The notes below the pieces were generated by a model. That model had not been told where the DNA came from. It saw only the letters and a program-made list of their open reading frames with translations, and ran no database searches. This document shows positions 29,678 to 40,071 of a stretch of DNA of 64,000 bases, piece by piece (the stretch's first letter is position 1; each line of letters begins with the position of its first letter). The position numbers were made by a program, and so were the translations under genes. Source of the DNA: Candidatus Saccharimonadota bacterium. Its GTDB lineage: Bacteria; Patescibacteriota; Saccharimonadia; Saccharimonadales; JACDBH01. The stretch is taken from the NCBI GenBank assembly GCA_043745485.1, contig JAYTSU010000021.1, forward strand, positions 2,533-66,532. The letters run 5' to 3'.

Positions 29678-29779
29678 GACATTTATTTTAAACCAGCGAT
29701 GCTTAAAACAAACTGAAGATTCTTACAGCGTAGAATGTTAGTAATGCTATGGACCTGTTAAAGCTGTTATTATATTGCT

Positions 29780-30580
29780 ATGCAAGATTATTGGGTAAAG
29801 CAAGACAAGGCCACGCCCTCATACCCAGACATTTTGTGGTCGCGACCAGAAAGTAAGCAAACAGCCGGCAAGTTACTTATTGTTGGGGGTAATGCCCATG
29901 GGTTTATTGACGTCGGGCTAAGCTATCAAGCTGCCGCTAAAGCTGGGGCAGGAACGGTACATGTCTTACTGCCTGATGCGCTCAGAAAGACCGTTGGTGC
30001 AACCCTTCAGAACTGTGAGTTTGCACCAAGCACACCAAGTGGCAGCTTTGCAAAATCAGCACTAGCTGAGCTTATGGACCACGCGGGATGGGCTGACTGT
30101 GTACTGTTAGCAGGAGACTTTGGAAGAAACAGTGAGACAGCCATAATGCTCGAGGATTTTGTTCAGAAATACACTGGACCCTTGGTTATAACGCGCGATG
30201 CCCTCGATTATTTTTTGGAACATTCAGCATTACTTTTAGAGCGTGATGCAACCTGTATAGTAGGAGCGCTGGGCCAAATCCAAAAGCTGGCAGGCGACAG
30301 TCATTTTGAAGAAGCTATTACAACAAACCTTAATCTTATAAATCTCGTCAGCGTTATGTATAACTTTGCAGGCCTCCACACAGCACATCTCATAACGCAT
30401 CAACTAGGAGTTACGATTGTCGCCGCAGAAGACTGGATTTCGACCACTAAAACAGGCACGAGTGAAGAAATCTGGCGTGTTCCTACAGCAGCCAGTGCGG
30501 CAGTGTTTTGGATGCAAAACCTTAAAAAACCCTTTGAAGCATTAACTACGGCACTGGCTGATACTACAAATAACTTGTAG
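29780..30580 (+). CDS. YjeF C-terminal-like carbohydrate kinase fold (NAD(P)HX dehydratase-like)
   Basis: It has GKLLIVGGNAHG...AAAKAGAGTVHVLLP...ITHQLGVTIVA, resembling ADP/ATP-dependent NAD(P)H-hydrate dehydratases. Confidence 0.5.
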   Translation: MQDYWVKQDKATPSYPDILWSRPESKQTAGKLLIVGGNAHGFIDVGLSYQAAAKAGAGTVHVLLPDALRKTVGATLQNCEFAPSTPSGSFAKSALAELMDHAGWADCVLLAGDFGRNSETAIMLEDFVQKYTGPLVITRDALDYFLEHSALLLERDATCIVGALGQIQKLAGDSHFEEAITTNLNLINLVSVMYNFAGLHTAHLITHQLGVTIVAAEDWISTTKTGTSEEIWRVPTAASAAVFWMQNLKKPFEALTTALADTTNNL

Positions 30581-30812
30581 CCGGGCCTGTGTCGCCTTGT
30601 AATGCAATTTGTCCCTGCTCACTGTCTGATATTTCTGACAGTCCACTAACAAATTCTAATGTAGCCGGTTGCTCAGTAGTGTATTCAACTGCATATGCAC
30701 TTGCGAGTGAGCCGACTTCTACCCATGGACCTAACTCTTTACTTTTTTGCATGCCCGTAAAACTTTCGAACCTTCTACCTTGTGGAATACCGTCCCAATA
30801 ATTTCTTTTCAT
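30564..30812 (-). CDS. Hypothetical small protein
   Basis: An 82-aa ORF that overlaps the 3' end of the previous gene by 17 nt. The coding status is uncertain. Confidence 0.3.
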   Translation of the reverse strand: MKRNYWDGIPQGRRFESFTGMQKSKELGPWVEVGSLASAYAVEYTTEQPATLEFVSGLSEISDSEQGQIALQGDTGPATSYL

Positions 30813-31009
30813 ACCACTAGTTATAGACCTGTGTAAGAAATATTACAAACTGTTTTTTTATGCTTAAGCTTTATTACTGTTATTTGAAAAAAGAGCTCGA
30901 TCGGCGCAGTTATAATCAGTCAATTTTTATGGATTTTGGAATGTCGCTTAAATAAGAATAGACCTCAAACTAAATGTTTTGAGGCCTATCTGTAACGGCG
31001 TATTTTACA

Positions 31010-31095
31010 TGGTGGGCAAGGAGAGACTTGAACTCTCACGAACTTACGTTCACAGGATTTTGAGTCCAGCGCGTCTACCATTCCGCCACTCGCCC
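31010..31095 (-). tRNA. tRNA-Leu (anticodon CAA), type II with long variable arm
   Basis: The reverse complement reads GGGCGAG...CTTGCCC-A-CCA. The anticodon loop is CTCAAAA, the variable arm is long, and the T arm is GAGAG-TTCAAGT-CTCTC. Confidence 0.9.
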
Positions 31096-31162
31096 AGCAC
31101 AACACGTATGTAAGAACAGGGGGAATTATACTATACTGGGTTATATTAGACATAGCATAAAC

Positions 31163-32419
31163 ATGAACGATACCAATAATACTTTCGACCAGCCAAACGC
31201 TCACCTTATCAAAAGAGGCAAGGAGTCTTTTAAAACTGTGCCAAACCCAGCCGCCGATCTTATCCGTCAAAAACTCGATGCGCTCTATCAAACAGAGCCT
31301 GATGCAGTTGAAGAAGCGGTCGAAACGGCTGTGATTGCAGTTAAAAGATCTAAACATCAACAATTCATGTACGAACTGTCCACATCAGGCAAACCGCTTG
31401 CTGTTGTTCAGACCGAGTGGCATAACTACTACACGCTGCTTAATGACACCGAAAAGCGCATTGTGTGGCAAGAATTCTATGCTGCTAATGAGCAGCAATC
31501 CTCTTACTTTAAAGCCCAGCCTGCCATGCATACTACAGCAACTGAGAATAAACCTCAGGTTTTACAAGCAGCTATGCAACCGGCTGTGGCCTCACTAGCG
31601 GAAACAACAAGAAACGCAGCCAAGACTCGAGCATCCGGAATGCGTTCGGTGGCAGAGCTTAAAAAACAAATTACTGGCAAAGTGCGCGTGCGGGGGAAAC
31701 TCTCAAAAAAGCAGCATCTGCAATCACTCGGCTTTGGCCTGGCCATGGGAGCAGTGGTTGTCATAATCCTGTTGTTTGGGTTTTTTAACGAGCGTTTTAT
31801 AGCACCATTCATAACTCCTAGTAGAAGTGTTAGCGCCACGCCACTGATCCTTGACCCCAACAATGCAGCAGTAGATGCTAGCCCCCAAGTTATTATTCCA
31901 AAGATTAATGTCCAGGCACCTGTTGTGTACGACGTACCTACAATTGCTGAGGCTGACGTCCAGTCTGGATTAGAGCGTGGAATAGTTCACTATGTCACTA
32001 CCAGCAACCCCGGTGAACAAGGAAATGCCGTATTTTTTGGTCATAGTAGTAGCAATATTCTCAACCGAGGTAGATACAAATATGCTTTTGTTCTCTTGAG
32101 CTACCTAAACATCAATGATACGTTTTATATGCAAAAAGGCGGCGTTCGGTATGTTTACAAGGTATTTGATAAAAAAATCATACAGCCTACTGATGTTGGT
32201 ATTTTGAACCCTATTGCAGGTCATTCATCGACTGCAACACTTATTACTTGTGACCCACCTGGCACAAACGTGAATAGAATGGTTATAATTGGCGATCAAA
32301 TCAGCCCAGATCCAGTCGGAAATGCTTCCAGCACAGCTCTTCAAACAGATGCAAAACCTAAGGCTTTAGCGGGTAACTCAGAGTCTTTGTGGCACCGAAT
32401 AATTACATCTATTTTCTAA
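31163..32419 (+). CDS. Sortase-family transpeptidase with a long N-terminal region and TM anchor
   Basis: It has a TM (LGFGLAMGAVVVIILLFGFF). It has the catalytic His context GNAVFFGHSS and the TLITCDPPG Cys motif (TLxTC). Confidence 0.8.
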   Translation: MNDTNNTFDQPNAHLIKRGKESFKTVPNPAADLIRQKLDALYQTEPDAVEEAVETAVIAVKRSKHQQFMYELSTSGKPLAVVQTEWHNYYTLLNDTEKRIVWQEFYAANEQQSSYFKAQPAMHTTATENKPQVLQAAMQPAVASLAETTRNAAKTRASGMRSVAELKKQITGKVRVRGKLSKKQHLQSLGFGLAMGAVVVIILLFGFFNERFIAPFITPSRSVSATPLILDPNNAAVDASPQVIIPKINVQAPVVYDVPTIAEADVQSGLERGIVHYVTTSNPGEQGNAVFFGHSSSNILNRGRYKYAFVLLSYLNINDTFYMQKGGVRYVYKVFDKKIIQPTDVGILNPIAGHSSTATLITCDPPGTNVNRMVIIGDQISPDPVGNASSTALQTDAKPKALAGNSESLWHRIITSIF

Positions 32420-32424
32420 TAATC

Positions 32425-33903
32425 CTACTTTTTCTGTAAGCTTGTTAGCGTCAAAGAGAAGCGTCCCGTCACTGTCTTAGAAGGAGCAAGAGTAATGATA
32501 TTCTTATCATCAGCACTAAAATATAGGCTGTCCTTAAGACTTGGTACCAGCGCTTGTTCGTTTGATCCTTCGAAGTCAACCATATAGCCTATACCCTTAT
32601 CAACGAGCTTAAAGCGAAAGCTATCCAGCCACACCAGTTTTTCTGATGGCTCAATAAAATGGTTCAGTAGAAGCTTAAACTGCCTATCGCCTTCGATGTC
32701 ATAGACAATAACATTATTGCCGGATTGGGCTGCTATAAGATGTGAATCTGGCGAAAAAGACACAAATTTTAAATTCGCAAGTCTCATTACTGAAGGAATT
32801 AATAAGGCTTTATTCTGTTGACCCTTAAGAGTTGGCAGCGGGTCCCGATATACAAATAACGCGTCATCAACATTGGTACCAACTACGTAATACGGTGTGC
32901 CGTCAAATTGGTCTACGTCTAACAAATATGTTGGTGCTTCGGCAACAGATTTTAGTAAGTATGATGCTTTGTCACTTTCACGAATTCGAACATCTACTTT
33001 ATTAGTCTCGGCTCCAGTTTTTGTAGCATACAAGATTATGTCTGGCCCATATGTCTTAAAGCTAAGGACGTTATTAATTAAAGCTCCGGAAACCGTACGG
33101 TTTTTTAGGTCACCTTGGCGCAGCACTCCACCTACGGCGTCATATATGTACAACTGATCACTTTTCTTGTCCCGAAGCGTCACGTCCGTAGGTGTGACCG
33201 TCAGCGTCGTATTTATATTGACGCTGCTCGCAACTGTATCCGTATCAAGCATTAAAAATTCGTTCGAACTCTCAAAATCTCGACGGAGCAAGACATGTCG
33301 ATTGTCCGCAGCCCAACGTAAAATGGAGATGCTAGCAGCTTTTGCAGGATCAGTAATTATAGCCGAGGGTATGGTCAGTACAATAGGATTAGCGGTGGGA
33401 GAGTTTAAGTCATAGAGGTCAAAAGTATAGGTTTGACCTGGTTGTTGCACCAATAACCAGCGCTTGTCTGGACTTTGCGAACTTAAACCGGGTGCAGCCG
33501 AATACAGCTGGCTTTCTGAGGTAATAACTGTTTTTGGAATCATTAAAGGATAGACAAGGCGTTCAATACTTCCGCCCTCAAGCGTAAATGTCCGGTTCCA
33601 GTCTCTATAGCCATCATGAGTGATCTTAATGGTATATTGTTTACTTCCCGGAAGGACTAGTCGGCTCGCCGTTCTGCTGCCTTGTAGTACGCCGTTTACA
33701 AACATTGTGCTGTTGCCAGGCTGCGAATCGGCAAACACAGTACCGTTTTGAATAACGTCACCTGTCTTATGGTCTACATCATAACCAAAGGCGCTAAATA
33801 GGAGGATGAGCGTACCCATAGCAATTGCTACTGCCATTAAGCCATAGCCAATAAACAGGCGTTTACGATGAGACTTTTTTCGTTTTGGGTCTAGGAAATC
33901 CAT
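32425..33903 (-). CDS. Membrane-anchored PEGA-domain protein with a beta-propeller-like ectodomain
   Basis: It has an N-terminal TM and a PEGA-like unit (MFVNGVLQG....YTIKITHDGYRDWNRTFTL). It also has PD40-like strands (SFSPDSHLIAAQS, SQSPDKRWLLV). Confidence 0.7.
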   Translation of the reverse strand: MDFLDPKRKKSHRKRLFIGYGLMAVAIAMGTLILLFSAFGYDVDHKTGDVIQNGTVFADSQPGNSTMFVNGVLQGSRTASRLVLPGSKQYTIKITHDGYRDWNRTFTLEGGSIERLVYPLMIPKTVITSESQLYSAAPGLSSQSPDKRWLLVQQPGQTYTFDLYDLNSPTANPIVLTIPSAIITDPAKAASISILRWAADNRHVLLRRDFESSNEFLMLDTDTVASSVNINTTLTVTPTDVTLRDKKSDQLYIYDAVGGVLRQGDLKNRTVSGALINNVLSFKTYGPDIILYATKTGAETNKVDVRIRESDKASYLLKSVAEAPTYLLDVDQFDGTPYYVVGTNVDDALFVYRDPLPTLKGQQNKALLIPSVMRLANLKFVSFSPDSHLIAAQSGNNVIVYDIEGDRQFKLLLNHFIEPSEKLVWLDSFRFKLVDKGIGYMVDFEGSNEQALVPSLKDSLYFSADDKNIITLAPSKTVTGRFSLTLTSLQKK

Positions 33904-34078
33904 AGGTGATCGTTTTTATTATACTGCTTCTTGCATAGTTATAGCAGTTTCAGACGTTTCTTACTAATAATTATAAGAATGCGTGCTTGCATAACAGGCA
34001 TAAGCACAGTAAGATTAGTTCTAATAGCTCCAGCAATATTCCGTATCAAACAGCTTAAATGGAACAAAAAGTCAAACC

Positions 34079-35140
34079 GTGGGTAAACAGATACACCAAT
34101 CAGTCATAGAGCTCAACGGACAACGCTTTAATGCTCGTACTGGCACGATGATTAATGGCGTCAGCATGCCGGCAACACCCATAGTAAGACCAACAATGAC
34201 TGATGTAGCAGATCGACCAAGAAATCCGAGAGCTACTACCGCCAGTAAACAAATACACAAAGCTACTCAGCCAGGCAAAACACTGATGCGTCACGCCGTT
34301 AAGAGACCTTCGACCATTACCGACCACCGAACAATTGCCATGGATGTAGTGCCGCAAAAACCTGGTCAAGTTACTTTAGAAAAGTTTCACTCCGTAAACC
34401 CTGAACGAGGTCACCGAGCTGAATCAGTTCGACAAAACACACGGGTCAGCCGTTTTGGCGGTGAACTTCGCGGAGCCGTAACGCTACCTTCAAAACAACC
34501 TATGATAACGACGCAGTTATCCATGCCCGTGCAGCACCTTACCACACCTCTTTCCCAGCATCGAACCGGCTCAGCTACAGCTGCAAAAATCCTTGAGAAA
34601 GGGCTCCGTAGCGCAACCTCTCACGAAGCCGTCATGCCTAAAAAAGCTAAATTACATCACCGCTTTGGTAAAAAACTTGGTTTGAGCGCACGCTCAGCAA
34701 CACTTGTCACGAGCAGTATGGCCGTTTTAGTCATCGGTGGAATCTTTGCTTACCAAAACATCCCGAATATTGCCGTGCATTATGCCAGCACCAAAGCAGG
34801 AATAAGTGCAAGTCTTCCAACCTATCAACCATCTGGCTTTACTGTTAATAATCATGTCACCTACAGTCCGGGTGAAATAAGTGTTGCCTACAAGGCTAAT
34901 GCTGATAACCGTGCTTATGTCGTAACTCAAAAGACAACCAACTGGAATAGCGACGCTTTAAAAGAGCATTTAATGGGCATAAGTGGTTCGATACCACAAA
35001 TCTACCCAGACAGCGGACGCACTATCTACCTACATGATAGTCATGAAGCAGACTGGGTTAACAACGGCGTCTGGTACAGCATTACCGGTAACTCAGACCT
35101 CAACACCGATCAACTCATCAAAATCGCTACATCTTTATAA
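34079..35140 (+). CDS. Hypothetical single-pass membrane protein (basic N-terminal region, extracytoplasmic C-terminal domain)
   Basis: It starts at GTG. It has a TM (LVTSSMAVLVIGGIFAY), and the C-terminal domain loosely resembles a DUF4367 / anti-sigma-like architecture. Confidence 0.45.
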   Translation: MGKQIHQSVIELNGQRFNARTGTMINGVSMPATPIVRPTMTDVADRPRNPRATTASKQIHKATQPGKTLMRHAVKRPSTITDHRTIAMDVVPQKPGQVTLEKFHSVNPERGHRAESVRQNTRVSRFGGELRGAVTLPSKQPMITTQLSMPVQHLTTPLSQHRTGSATAAKILEKGLRSATSHEAVMPKKAKLHHRFGKKLGLSARSATLVTSSMAVLVIGGIFAYQNIPNIAVHYASTKAGISASLPTYQPSGFTVNNHVTYSPGEISVAYKANADNRAYVVTQKTTNWNSDALKEHLMGISGSIPQIYPDSGRTIYLHDSHEADWVNNGVWYSITGNSDLNTDQLIKIATSL

Positions 35141-35359
35141 AACAGTGAGAAGTGGGCGAAAGTTTATAAAAACTCAAACAAAGAAGTTTTTATAATTGGT
35201 ACTATCCGTGACATAACTGACCAGAAGCAAAAAGAAAAAGTACTCGAGGAAAGTAACACATTATTAGCTAAAATGAATGAAATGATGGTCAACCGCGAAT
35301 TACGCATGTCAAAACTCAAGAAAGAAATCGCAGATCTTAAGAAGACAGTTCAACCCTAA
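35141..35359 (+). pseudogene. Relic 3' fragment of a PAS-domain sensor gene
   Basis: It lies in the same frame, immediately after the TAA of the previous gene. It reads ...WAKVYKNSNKEVFIIGTIRDITDQKQKEKVLEESNTLLAKMNEMMVNRELRMSKLKKEIADLKKTVQP*. This is the end of a PAS fold (G.IRDIT..K) plus a coiled-coil tail. It has no start codon apart from an internal ATG 28 codons before the stop. Confidence 0.45.
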
Positions 35360-35373
35360 TTACTGAACTGAGG

Positions 35374-37041
35374 CTACTGTAATCTATGTTTAATGCGCGC
35401 AACACCCATGACTTGCATTATGGTCCAAAGATCAGGCGTACGGTTTTTACCAGTTAATTTAACGCGAATAATCCGTGCAAAGTCCGCCACATTACCCTTA
35501 TATTGTTCTGGCGAGTCTTTAAATGCTTTATTGTCAGTAGCGAAGCCGGATTTTTCAGCAGCGGATTTTAGCTTGTTAAACCATGTCTGTTGATCATCGG
35601 ACGCATCATAGCTATTTAGAAATTCTGCGCAGGCCAAAGCAATCAAATCGGCAGAGAAGTCTTTTAGTTCGCTCGGGATACGAGTTGCAAACTGTGGTCC
35701 AAATAATTCATCGAAGAAATAACCATATTGTTCGGGTGCATCCGACCACTTCGCAAGGTCTTTTCGTGGCTTGTCACCGTTGCGCTCCACCTCAAAAACG
35801 TGCATCGCATAGGCGCGATCTTTATCTGCAGCTTCAACTAAATATGTGGCTTCGTTTTTAGCCCAGGTCATAAGCTCTTGTTCAAAGTCATGCTGTGACA
35901 TTGCGCCGATAATATCCTTGCTGATATCGTCTAATTTTTGAAGATCCAATAATGCGCCGCGCGCCTTGGCCCACTTTTCAAAACTAAAAGGGAAGTCCCT
36001 CAAAGGCTTGCTTGGATGTTCAAGGCGCCAATCTTCAAAATTACTATTACCAAGTCGTACAAGATATTCAAGCACAGCTTGCACAGGGTAACCTGCTGTT
36101 ATAAAAAAGGTCACATTTGCTTCAGGGTCCTTACGCTTGCTGAGCTTACGCTTAGCACCGTTGTCTATAATACTAATAGGTGCAAACTGCGCGTAGGTAA
36201 ACGGTGCTATGCCAAGTGCTTCTGCCAGCTCAATATGGAGTGGCGTGCTTGGAAGCCATTCATCGCCTCTTAGAACAATCGTGGTTTTCATCAGATGGTC
36301 GTCAACAACATGGGCCAGGTGATAGGTTGGCAAACGCCATTCGTCACTCTTTATAAGTGGCACGTCGAGGTCATTTTCGGGCAGCTCCAAATCTCCTTTT
36401 AACACATCATGTATCTTGACACGCTTCTCATGACTACCAAGCGACTTAAAACGAAGCACAAATGGTTTACTAGCATCTAAGGCAGCAATAATCTTAGTCT
36501 CTGGACGGTCGCGCCACAACGCCCATGTGCCGTAATAGCCAGGGCGCACTTTAGCTACCTGCTGTGCTTTATAATTTTGATCAAGCTCTTCGCTAGTTGC
36601 AAAACACGGATATGCCCGCCCGCGATTCAATAAATCTATTGCATACCCAAGATACATTGCTCCTCGTTCGCTTTGTAAATATGGCCCATATTGTCCATAA
36701 TTTTTGCTTTCAGCCGTAACTCCCTCATCTGCTTTTAGGTCAAACGTTTCCAATGCAGACACAATCGTTTTAACACCGTCTACTATCTCTCTTTTCTTGT
36801 CAGTATCTTCAATTCTTAGCATATTAACACCGCCAGACTGCGTAGCAACCAGCTTGTTGATAAGAGACATATAAATAGTTCCAATATGCACAAAGCCTGT
36901 AGGACTTGGGGCCGAGCGCGTCACAATGGCTCCATCAGGCAATGTACGAGCGGGATACTTGGCTTCACTGTTTGCGCGCAGTGTAAAACCTTCTGGCGCT
37001 AATAACGTGGTTAACCGCTCAATGAGTTTTTTTGTATACAT
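35374..37041 (-). CDS. gltX: Glutamate--tRNA ligase
   Basis: It has the class I HIGH region SAPSPTGFVHIGT and a KLSKRK (KMSKS-like) motif. Confidence 0.85.
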   Translation of the reverse strand: MYTKKLIERLTTLLAPEGFTLRANSEAKYPARTLPDGAIVTRSAPSPTGFVHIGTIYMSLINKLVATQSGGVNMLRIEDTDKKREIVDGVKTIVSALETFDLKADEGVTAESKNYGQYGPYLQSERGAMYLGYAIDLLNRGRAYPCFATSEELDQNYKAQQVAKVRPGYYGTWALWRDRPETKIIAALDASKPFVLRFKSLGSHEKRVKIHDVLKGDLELPENDLDVPLIKSDEWRLPTYHLAHVVDDHLMKTTIVLRGDEWLPSTPLHIELAEALGIAPFTYAQFAPISIIDNGAKRKLSKRKDPEANVTFFITAGYPVQAVLEYLVRLGNSNFEDWRLEHPSKPLRDFPFSFEKWAKARGALLDLQKLDDISKDIIGAMSQHDFEQELMTWAKNEATYLVEAADKDRAYAMHVFEVERNGDKPRKDLAKWSDAPEQYGYFFDELFGPQFATRIPSELKDFSADLIALACAEFLNSYDASDDQQTWFNKLKSAAEKSGFATDNKAFKDSPEQYKGNVADFARIIRVKLTGKNRTPDLWTIMQVMGVARIKHRLQ

Positions 37042-37215
37042 ATAAAGAGATTGTATCAGAGGTTATGAGCATTCAACAAAGTGATCCGGCTGTAGCGATA
37101 CCTTTGCCTAAACGAAAGTAACTGCATGTAAGCCAGTAGATATATTTTAGGTTGATCTTGCAAACTCCGCAGAACCTGTTCCGTGGAGTAACGCTTATGG
37201 TACAATTTATAGCAA

Positions 37216-38514
37216 ATGGATGATATTCGTAAGCCGCGTCGGCCAAAGTTACAGTTGGACTCAAATAAGGATGTTTCGGCCACTCCTGACACAGTACAGC
37301 TAGCAGCTTCTTCACGGGAGACTGCCTTTAAAACGCCAAGGCAAGTTGCCGATGAGGACATCCGTGCCGCAGCTGTAACAACAGACGATGCTGTACAGCC
37401 AAACACTGTACCTGATACTACTCAAGCACCCCTAAAAAAGCATATCTTTAACTACAGACCACATATGCCTCATGGCAAAAAGCAATGGATTATAGCCGTC
37501 GTTGTTGCCATTCTAGTGCTCGGAGGAGCGGGTGCAAGCGCCTACTGGTTTGTGATTAGAAAGCCGGTGAAACCTACGCCCGTAGCGGTTAAGGTAGTCA
37601 AAAAAGTCGTAGTACCAAAACCAACAACAGAAGCGTCCAAGCTCAGTGGACTGCAAGTCCCAATCGGCACAAGTCTTGGGCCGGTGACGGCAGTACAGAT
37701 AGAAAACAGTCCAGATGCCCGCCCACAGTCGGGCCTTAAAGATGCGAGTGTCATTTTTGAAGCTATAGCAGAAGGAGGCATAACTCGCTTTAACGCAATA
37801 TTTCAGGACACTGCACCCGACTATATAGGCCCAATCCGCTCACTGCGACCGTACTATATTGATTGGTTTTGGCCTTTTGATGCTTCAATTGCACACGTTG
37901 GCGGTGCTCCACAGGCTTTGGCAGACGTTAAGAGCCTAGGCATTAAGGACCTTGACCAATTCTATAATGGCGGTAGTTATGATCGTATTACCAGTCGTTA
38001 TGCACCACATAACGTCTACACTTCTGTTGCACGGCTTAATGATCTCGAAAAGGCAAAGGGTTATACAAGCGCTAAATACACTGGTTTCTTACGTAAGAAG
38101 GAGGCAAAAGCCGTCACGCCTACTGCAAAAGGCATCGACCTGGCTATTTCCTCATACTATTACAACGTCCACTATGATTACGATGCCGTCAATAATGCTT
38201 ACCTTAGGAGTGAGGGCGGAGCAGCGCACTTAGACTTCAAAACAGAGGCTCAACTAGAACCAAAAGTTGTCGTTGCAATTGTTATGTCCCGAGGCACCGC
38301 AACTGACGGTGAACATACGGATTACGTCACAACAGGCAGCGGTCACATGTATGTTTTCCAGGACGGCACAGTCCAAGAAGGCAACTGGAGCAAAGCAGGC
38401 CGCCAAGACCAATGGACGTTTACGGCAGACGACGGCAAGCCAATTGCATTTAACCCCGGCCAAACGTGGTTTAGTATGGTAGATAATACGGGAGCCGTGA
38501 CCTACGCACCGTAA
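37216..38514 (+). CDS. DUF3048-domain membrane-anchored protein (YerB-like)
   Basis: It has a TM followed by VQIENSPDARPQSGLKDASVIFEAIAEGGITRFNAIF...IRSLRPYY, characteristic of DUF3048. Confidence 0.75.
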   Translation: MDDIRKPRRPKLQLDSNKDVSATPDTVQLAASSRETAFKTPRQVADEDIRAAAVTTDDAVQPNTVPDTTQAPLKKHIFNYRPHMPHGKKQWIIAVVVAILVLGGAGASAYWFVIRKPVKPTPVAVKVVKKVVVPKPTTEASKLSGLQVPIGTSLGPVTAVQIENSPDARPQSGLKDASVIFEAIAEGGITRFNAIFQDTAPDYIGPIRSLRPYYIDWFWPFDASIAHVGGAPQALADVKSLGIKDLDQFYNGGSYDRITSRYAPHNVYTSVARLNDLEKAKGYTSAKYTGFLRKKEAKAVTPTAKGIDLAISSYYYNVHYDYDAVNNAYLRSEGGAAHLDFKTEAQLEPKVVVAIVMSRGTATDGEHTDYVTTGSGHMYVFQDGTVQEGNWSKAGRQDQWTFTADDGKPIAFNPGQTWFSMVDNTGAVTYAP

Positions 38515-38516
38515 CT

Positions 38517-40070
38517 ATGGACACTTTCAAAAAATACACGAATGATCTAAACGTATACGGCTTCATTTGGACAATGTTTAGCTGCTTACTGACACTGGCT
38601 ACTTACATGCTCTTGCACCGAATTTTAAAACTCAACGACGTAATTTCATTTATTGGGTCTGGTCTTATTGCAATATTTCTATCATTGGGCATTTCTAAAC
38701 TTATTGTTATGGCAGCAACTGAACCATTTAAGGCTGTATGGCAAGCTGTGTGGGTAATGAGTGAAAGTGCCAATAATGTCGAGACGCCGCAGCCAGACAA
38801 GCTCACACATGGCCGGGAGCTAGCGACAGCTATGATCAAGCAGATTTACTGGCTTGGTGATAAGCCTTCTGCAACTTCAACCACAGCTTCCCAGACTACA
38901 CAAACCCCGGCAGCCACTTCATTGTTACAGCCCGACCTGCTAGAGCTCATGCCTCTCCCTGTTATAGGACTTGATGCAAACGACAAAGTTGCACTTATTA
39001 ACCAATTAGCCACTCAATATATTAGCCGAACACGTGAAGAAATCATCGGCACGTCCATTAACGATGTCTTACCACTTTCTTTCCAAACAAATGACACACT
39101 CGAAAGCTGGCTCACCTCTGCCAAATCCAGCACCGTAACTGATTCATCATCTTGGAACAGAGTACGGATGCAGTTAATGGAAGATAAGGGTCTAAAGCAA
39201 TTTGATCTTATTGCTCACTATACTAAGAATAATCCTTCAGGCCTCGACACACTCCTGGCTTTATTTGATCATACAGAACGTTATGGCAGCGAAGATAACA
39301 GCACTAGTTATGTTGCTCTTGCGGTCCACGAACTACGTACGCCACTCACGGTTCTCCGTGGCTATATTGAAGTATTTGAGGATGAACTCGACGACCAACT
39401 GACTCCAGAGCTGCGCGATTTTATGCATAAGATGAGTGCTTCGGCACAAACATTAACAGCTTTTGTGAGCAACATCCTAAACGTTGCTCGGGTTGACGAA
39501 AATGAATTGACCCTTAGCCTTCATGAAGCAAACTGGAATGAGCTACTGCCAGAGATTATCAAAGATATTGAGCTTCGTGCACGGGTCCGCGGCAAGACAT
39601 TAGAGCTCGACATGCAGCAAGAGCTCCCGACCGTTGCTGTCGATAAAGTGAGCGTGTATGAAGTCGTCAGCAATCTGGTTGATAACGCTATTAAATATAG
39701 CGGCGAAAGTACAAAGATTATTCTGCATTCTCAGATAGGTAAAGATGGGAACATCGAAACGATCGTTCAGGATTTTGGTGTTGGTATGCCCCCAAGCACC
39801 ATCAAGTTTTTGTTTACAAAGTTCTATCGTAATCACCGTAATAAAGGTAGTGTCAGTGGTAGTGGACTGGGTCTTTATCTGGTGAAAGCAATAGTAACTG
39901 CGCATGGTGGTAATGTGTGGGTCAACAGCAAGGAAGATGAAGGCAGTAGCTTTGGGTTCTCTTTGGTGCCGTATGCAAGTATTGCTGCTGAGCTTAAAGA
40001 TTCCGCAAATCCAACTATAGAACGTCAGGCTCACGGTTGGATAAAAAATCACTCAATGTATAGGAGATAA
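38517..40070 (+). CDS. Sensor histidine kinase (TM, PAS-like, HisKA, HATPase_c)
   Basis: It has the H-box LAVHELRTPLTVLRGY, the N-box DNAIKYS and the G-box GSGLGLYLVKAIVTAHGG. Confidence 0.9.
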   Translation: MDTFKKYTNDLNVYGFIWTMFSCLLTLATYMLLHRILKLNDVISFIGSGLIAIFLSLGISKLIVMAATEPFKAVWQAVWVMSESANNVETPQPDKLTHGRELATAMIKQIYWLGDKPSATSTTASQTTQTPAATSLLQPDLLELMPLPVIGLDANDKVALINQLATQYISRTREEIIGTSINDVLPLSFQTNDTLESWLTSAKSSTVTDSSSWNRVRMQLMEDKGLKQFDLIAHYTKNNPSGLDTLLALFDHTERYGSEDNSTSYVALAVHELRTPLTVLRGYIEVFEDELDDQLTPELRDFMHKMSASAQTLTAFVSNILNVARVDENELTLSLHEANWNELLPEIIKDIELRARVRGKTLELDMQQELPTVAVDKVSVYEVVSNLVDNAIKYSGESTKIILHSQIGKDGNIETIVQDFGVGMPPSTIKFLFTKFYRNHRNKGSVSGSGLGLYLVKAIVTAHGGNVWVNSKEDEGSSFGFSLVPYASIAAELKDSANPTIERQAHGWIKNHSMYRR

Positions 40071-40071
40071 C

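Noticed and set aside
30986-31363. 125-aa minus-strand ORF
   Set aside because: It runs straight through tRNA-Leu (31010-31095) and the 5' part of the sortase gene, and its translation is Cys/Phe/Arg-rich nonsense.
37056-37406. Minus-strand ORFs 37056-37406 and 37073-37315
   Set aside because: They span the gltX/DUF3048 divergent promoter region and the 5' end of the DUF3048 gene. They have no RBS or promoter and a poor composition.
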